Position numbers and translations under genes: made by a program. Of a DNA stretch of 64,000 nucleotides, positions 59,860 through 64,000 are shown one piece after another. Position 1 is the first letter of the stretch; each line of letters starts with the position of its first letter. Source of the stretch: Eledone cirrhosa. Lineage: Eukaryota. A model generated the notes under the pieces. It was not told the origin of the DNA. It saw only the letters and a list, made by a program, of their open reading frames with translations, and searched no databases. The DNA lies in contig OZ024742.1 in NCBI GenBank assembly GCA_964016885.1, positions 106,454,001 through 106,518,000 on the forward strand. The letters run 5' to 3'.

Positions 59860-60790
59860 TTGTAGGATTTTGACATAGAATATAAGGAAGAAAACATATA
59901 GAATGTGGTATAGAGAATCATTGATTAAGGGTAGACATTAAATCAGACTACTTTATTGGATTTAGTTCAGAGGAATAGGGTAATATGAAAGTGGTTACAT
60001 GGAAGAAATCTGAGGTGATTAGTTAAGAGAAATAATTAAAAGATTATACAAGGAGAAAAATAGCTAGTGTTTAGACCAAGTTGATAAAAACGGGGAATTA
60101 GAAAATGCCCATAATGTAAAGTACAGCAACAAACTAAAAGAAAGTTAGCATTACAGTAAAGTTTAGCAGCTAACTAGAACTAGGAGGTTAGGGAAACTGA
60201 ATTAATATGTAAGTCAATATATTCAGGAGGAATAATGAATAAGTAATTGGATTAATCTAGTGAGCGAAAGAAAGAGTAAGGAAAATAATAAAACATATAG
60301 AGTAACTTTAGTGGTAGGCGGAATTTTACTGTTAGAAAATGTTTCATAAGTCTTGTGAGTGGCGTTAATGATCTGGGAGTGAATAGCAAATAAATGAATA
60401 CACAGTAATAATGTGGCGTAGGTACAAATTAACGGGAATAAAATGTTTGTAATTCTTATATTTCTGTGTACGCTAAAAGATATTCTTCAGTACATCTCTT
60501 CAATTGGTCTTTCACAATTAGAATGTTTAAACACTCAGCTATATGGTTTCTTATGTCAATGTAGAAACTGGCTTTACATGAGATTTATATTGTAAGGTTC
60601 AAAATTATTTTTCAATTCAGAATTGTGTGTTAGATGAATTATATACAAATTTAAATAGATTCGAAGCCATTCCAATGTATGCTTTAGATATGTTGATAGC
60701 GTTAACTGTACATTGGTAAACTATGTCCTTTGCTAAGCAATTGAATTCTAAAGAGCATGCATTGAAATTAGTTCAACAACATTGGTTAAT
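59860..60790 (-). pseudogene. Degenerate PLE fragment (GIY-YIG region), with a SINE-A tail at 59757-59845
   Basis: Minus strand ACSLEFNCLAKDIVYQCTV..KAYIGMAS at ~60640-60770. Confidence 0.6.
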
Positions 60791-61010
60791 GACTAAATTA
60801 TTGGTGTTCTTGTTCAGCTATATATAAATATATAAATGTAGTATGATATATTCCAGATTCCACCATTCCATTGAATTTTATTCACATAGGCATTGTTTGT
60901 ATAACCCTAATAAATTTCATGAATTTTACATTTCATATTGAATACTTTCAATGAGAAATACCACATTTTAAAACTGAGCGGGCACCGTAACGCACATGTG
61001 TATCTATCTA

Positions 61011-61076
<66 letters not shown>

Positions 61077-61100
61077 TACACACACACACACATACACACA

Positions 61101-61780
<680 letters not shown>

Positions 61781-61946
61781 TACTTATTTTGTATTATGAT
61801 AAAAAAAAAGAAAGAATAATCTAGGATAATATTTAATATGGTTGTTATAAACTATTTGTTGTTTAATATATAGTTAGAAACTGTATAATATTAGATATAC
61901 CGTTTGTATGCATATTCGTCTTTATTTTGTGTGTGTACGTCTGTGC

Positions 61947-62013
<67 letters not shown>

Positions 62014-62797
62014 TAATTCAGCGAGAATCGTATTTCGGCTGGTAGAAAAGCAAAACGAAACGCAAAATCGTAGAAATGCTGGCAAGCGCTCAATAGTTAA
62101 AAAAGCTAAACAATATGTTAAAACGCCATACAAACTGAAAAAGTGGTTAAGAAGGCATTAACCACCTAAGCCAAAAAACAAATCAAGCTAAACAGGTCAA
62201 ACAAAATAAATCATAAAAACCTGGACCCAAATGGAACTGGTGGTAAAATACAAATGCAGGGTTTCTATGACACCTAAATCAATAATACTGTCTGCTTAAA
62301 ACTATAAGCTTTCAGCATAAAGATCGAACAAGGAATATCACGTTATCAACAGGTAATTTTGCTCTGTAACCAACTTTGCGAGTGACGCAGAGCTTAGTAA
62401 ACGCACATGCGTGAGTCACAAGGGGAAATTCCCCATATTTTGGCAAATGAATTCAGTATGTGTATATCATACAAAAAATTGCATAGATAGCACAAATCGA
62501 ATAAGCACTCAACCGGGTAGTTTTTAAAATAAACTTATGCAATTAATCTGTCAATAGAATTATTAACAGGTTAATTGTAAGACTCGGGAGATTAATACAA
62601 ATATAATTCAGCGAGAATCGTATTTCGGCTGGTAGAAAAAGCGAAACGCAAAATCGTAGAAATGCTGGCAAGCGCTCAATAGTTAAAAAAAACTAGAGCT
62701 AAACAATATGTTAAAACGCCATAGAAACTGAAATAGTAGTTAAGGAGGCATTAACCACCTAAGCCAAAAAACAAATCAAGCTAAACAGGTCAAACAA

Positions 62798-62854
<57 letters not shown>

Positions 62855-62888
62855 CAGTAGTGCTAAGTTTAATATTCTGATCGCAGAT

Positions 62889-63725
62889 TTGGTACGAGTG
62901 ATGAAGAATGTGTCCCGCATGTGCGACCCAACAGAAATGGTAAGACACATTCAACACTTCATCAACCGCATGCAGTTCTCTGGCTACAACCAAAGAGACA
63001 GAGTCAGAGTATACGAAGGAGCCATGGAAAAGTATAAGACCCTCATAGAACTGGACATGAAAGGAATTTGCCCATTATACAGAAGTAAATCATGGAATAG
63101 CTTAGATAGGACTAGACATAAGATAGGGAAAGCCACCTCATGGTACGACAACCAGAGATACCAGAGTGTCATGTTAGTGGACGCCACCCCTGGATGGAAA
63201 TTAGCTAACCAGTGTAGAAAGGCCCTGAAAAAGACCCACTTAAAAATAAAGGTGGTAGAAAAGCCAGGAACCACCATAAAATCCCTGATCAGCAAAACCT
63301 ACCCTTTTAAGAAAACCCACTGTACCAATAGGAAATGTATCATATGTAAGGTCAAGCCCCGGATAAACTGTAAAACTAGAAACGTAGTCTATAGCATAAG
63401 ATGTACAGAGGGTACTTGCAGAAACATGACAACAACATACATAGGTGAGACAGCTCGTAGCATAGGTGAAAGGATAGACCAACACTGGGGGGAACTAAAA
63501 GGACGAAAAAACGGGTCAGTACTATACGAACATGCTAGACAACAACATGAAGGTAACATAGACAACATAGAAATTAGAATAATATCTAAACATAGAAATG
63601 ACCCAGCAAATAGGCAAATCAGAGAGGCCAGTGAAATAGAAATTAGAAGACCAAAGCTAAACAGAAAGAATGAATGGAATAACAACAACACCCAAACAAA
63701 CAACACTGACCCAAGAGAAGTATAA
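62889..63725 (+). CDS. PLE C-terminal ORF (RT thumb, Zn-linker, GIY-YIG endonuclease), 5'-truncated
   Basis: RMQFSGY, C..CIIC..NCKTRNVVYSIRC..C..YIGETARSIGERIDQH..H..H..RQIREA..PKLNRKNEW. Confidence 0.9.
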   Translation: MVRVMKNVSRMCDPTEMVRHIQHFINRMQFSGYNQRDRVRVYEGAMEKYKTLIELDMKGICPLYRSKSWNSLDRTRHKIGKATSWYDNQRYQSVMLVDATPGWKLANQCRKALKKTHLKIKVVEKPGTTIKSLISKTYPFKKTHCTNRKCIICKVKPRINCKTRNVVYSIRCTEGTCRNMTTTYIGETARSIGERIDQHWGELKGRKNGSVLYEHARQQHEGNIDNIEIRIISKHRNDPANRQIREASEIEIRRPKLNRKNEWNNNNTQTNNTDPREV

Positions 63726-63964
63726 ATAAGTAAATAAAATAAGATAAATAAATAAATAAATACATACACAAGCACAACAACAACAAGCACATAAACACAC
63801 ACTAGTCACCCATCACACAGCAAACATAACACTATACAAACACGCAAATGCATGCGCAAAGAAGACGAAATAAAATAAACAAACAAGCAAATAAATAAAT
63901 AAATATATAGACAGACTGAATAAAAATGGCGTAGACATACAACACAACAGGAGGAAAATATAAC

Positions 63965-64000
63965 ACCACTGACGATGTTGCAGATGTGCAACGAAAGATT
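63965..64000 (+). ncRNA. Hammerhead ribozyme, cut by the window edge
   Basis: CTGACGA-T-GTTGCA GATG TGCAAC-GAAA-GATT..., ~240 nt 3' of the PLE ORF. Confidence 0.7.

Overview
AT-rich, microsatellite-saturated eukaryotic non-coding DNA. The SINE repertoire and (TA)n/(CA)n density suggest an octopus-like cephalopod genome (inference). I found no host protein-coding gene I can support; almost all ORFs in the track are microsatellite artefacts. The real content is retroelements. There are many Penelope-like elements (PLEs: RT + C-terminal GIY-YIG endonuclease, several with Naiad-type 'MG..D.A...LVGL..GLYRDD' RT motifs), mostly as fold-back (inverted pLTR) insertions in (TA)n tracts. There are also RTE and R4/Dong-like LINE fragments, two or three tRNA-derived SINE families, a mariner-type MITE and Helitron-like ends. 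The most notable hidden signal is a set of about 15 minimal type I hammerhead ribozyme motifs from many unrelated PLE families. Four families use the compensatory U3-A8 core (UUGANAA) instead of CUGANGA, and one family has an unusual CAGUUGA core. Insertion geometry is reproducible: asymmetric inverted arms end at internal TA motifs, and one inversion junction falls at the predicted self-cleavage site. All folds were read by eye and not computed.
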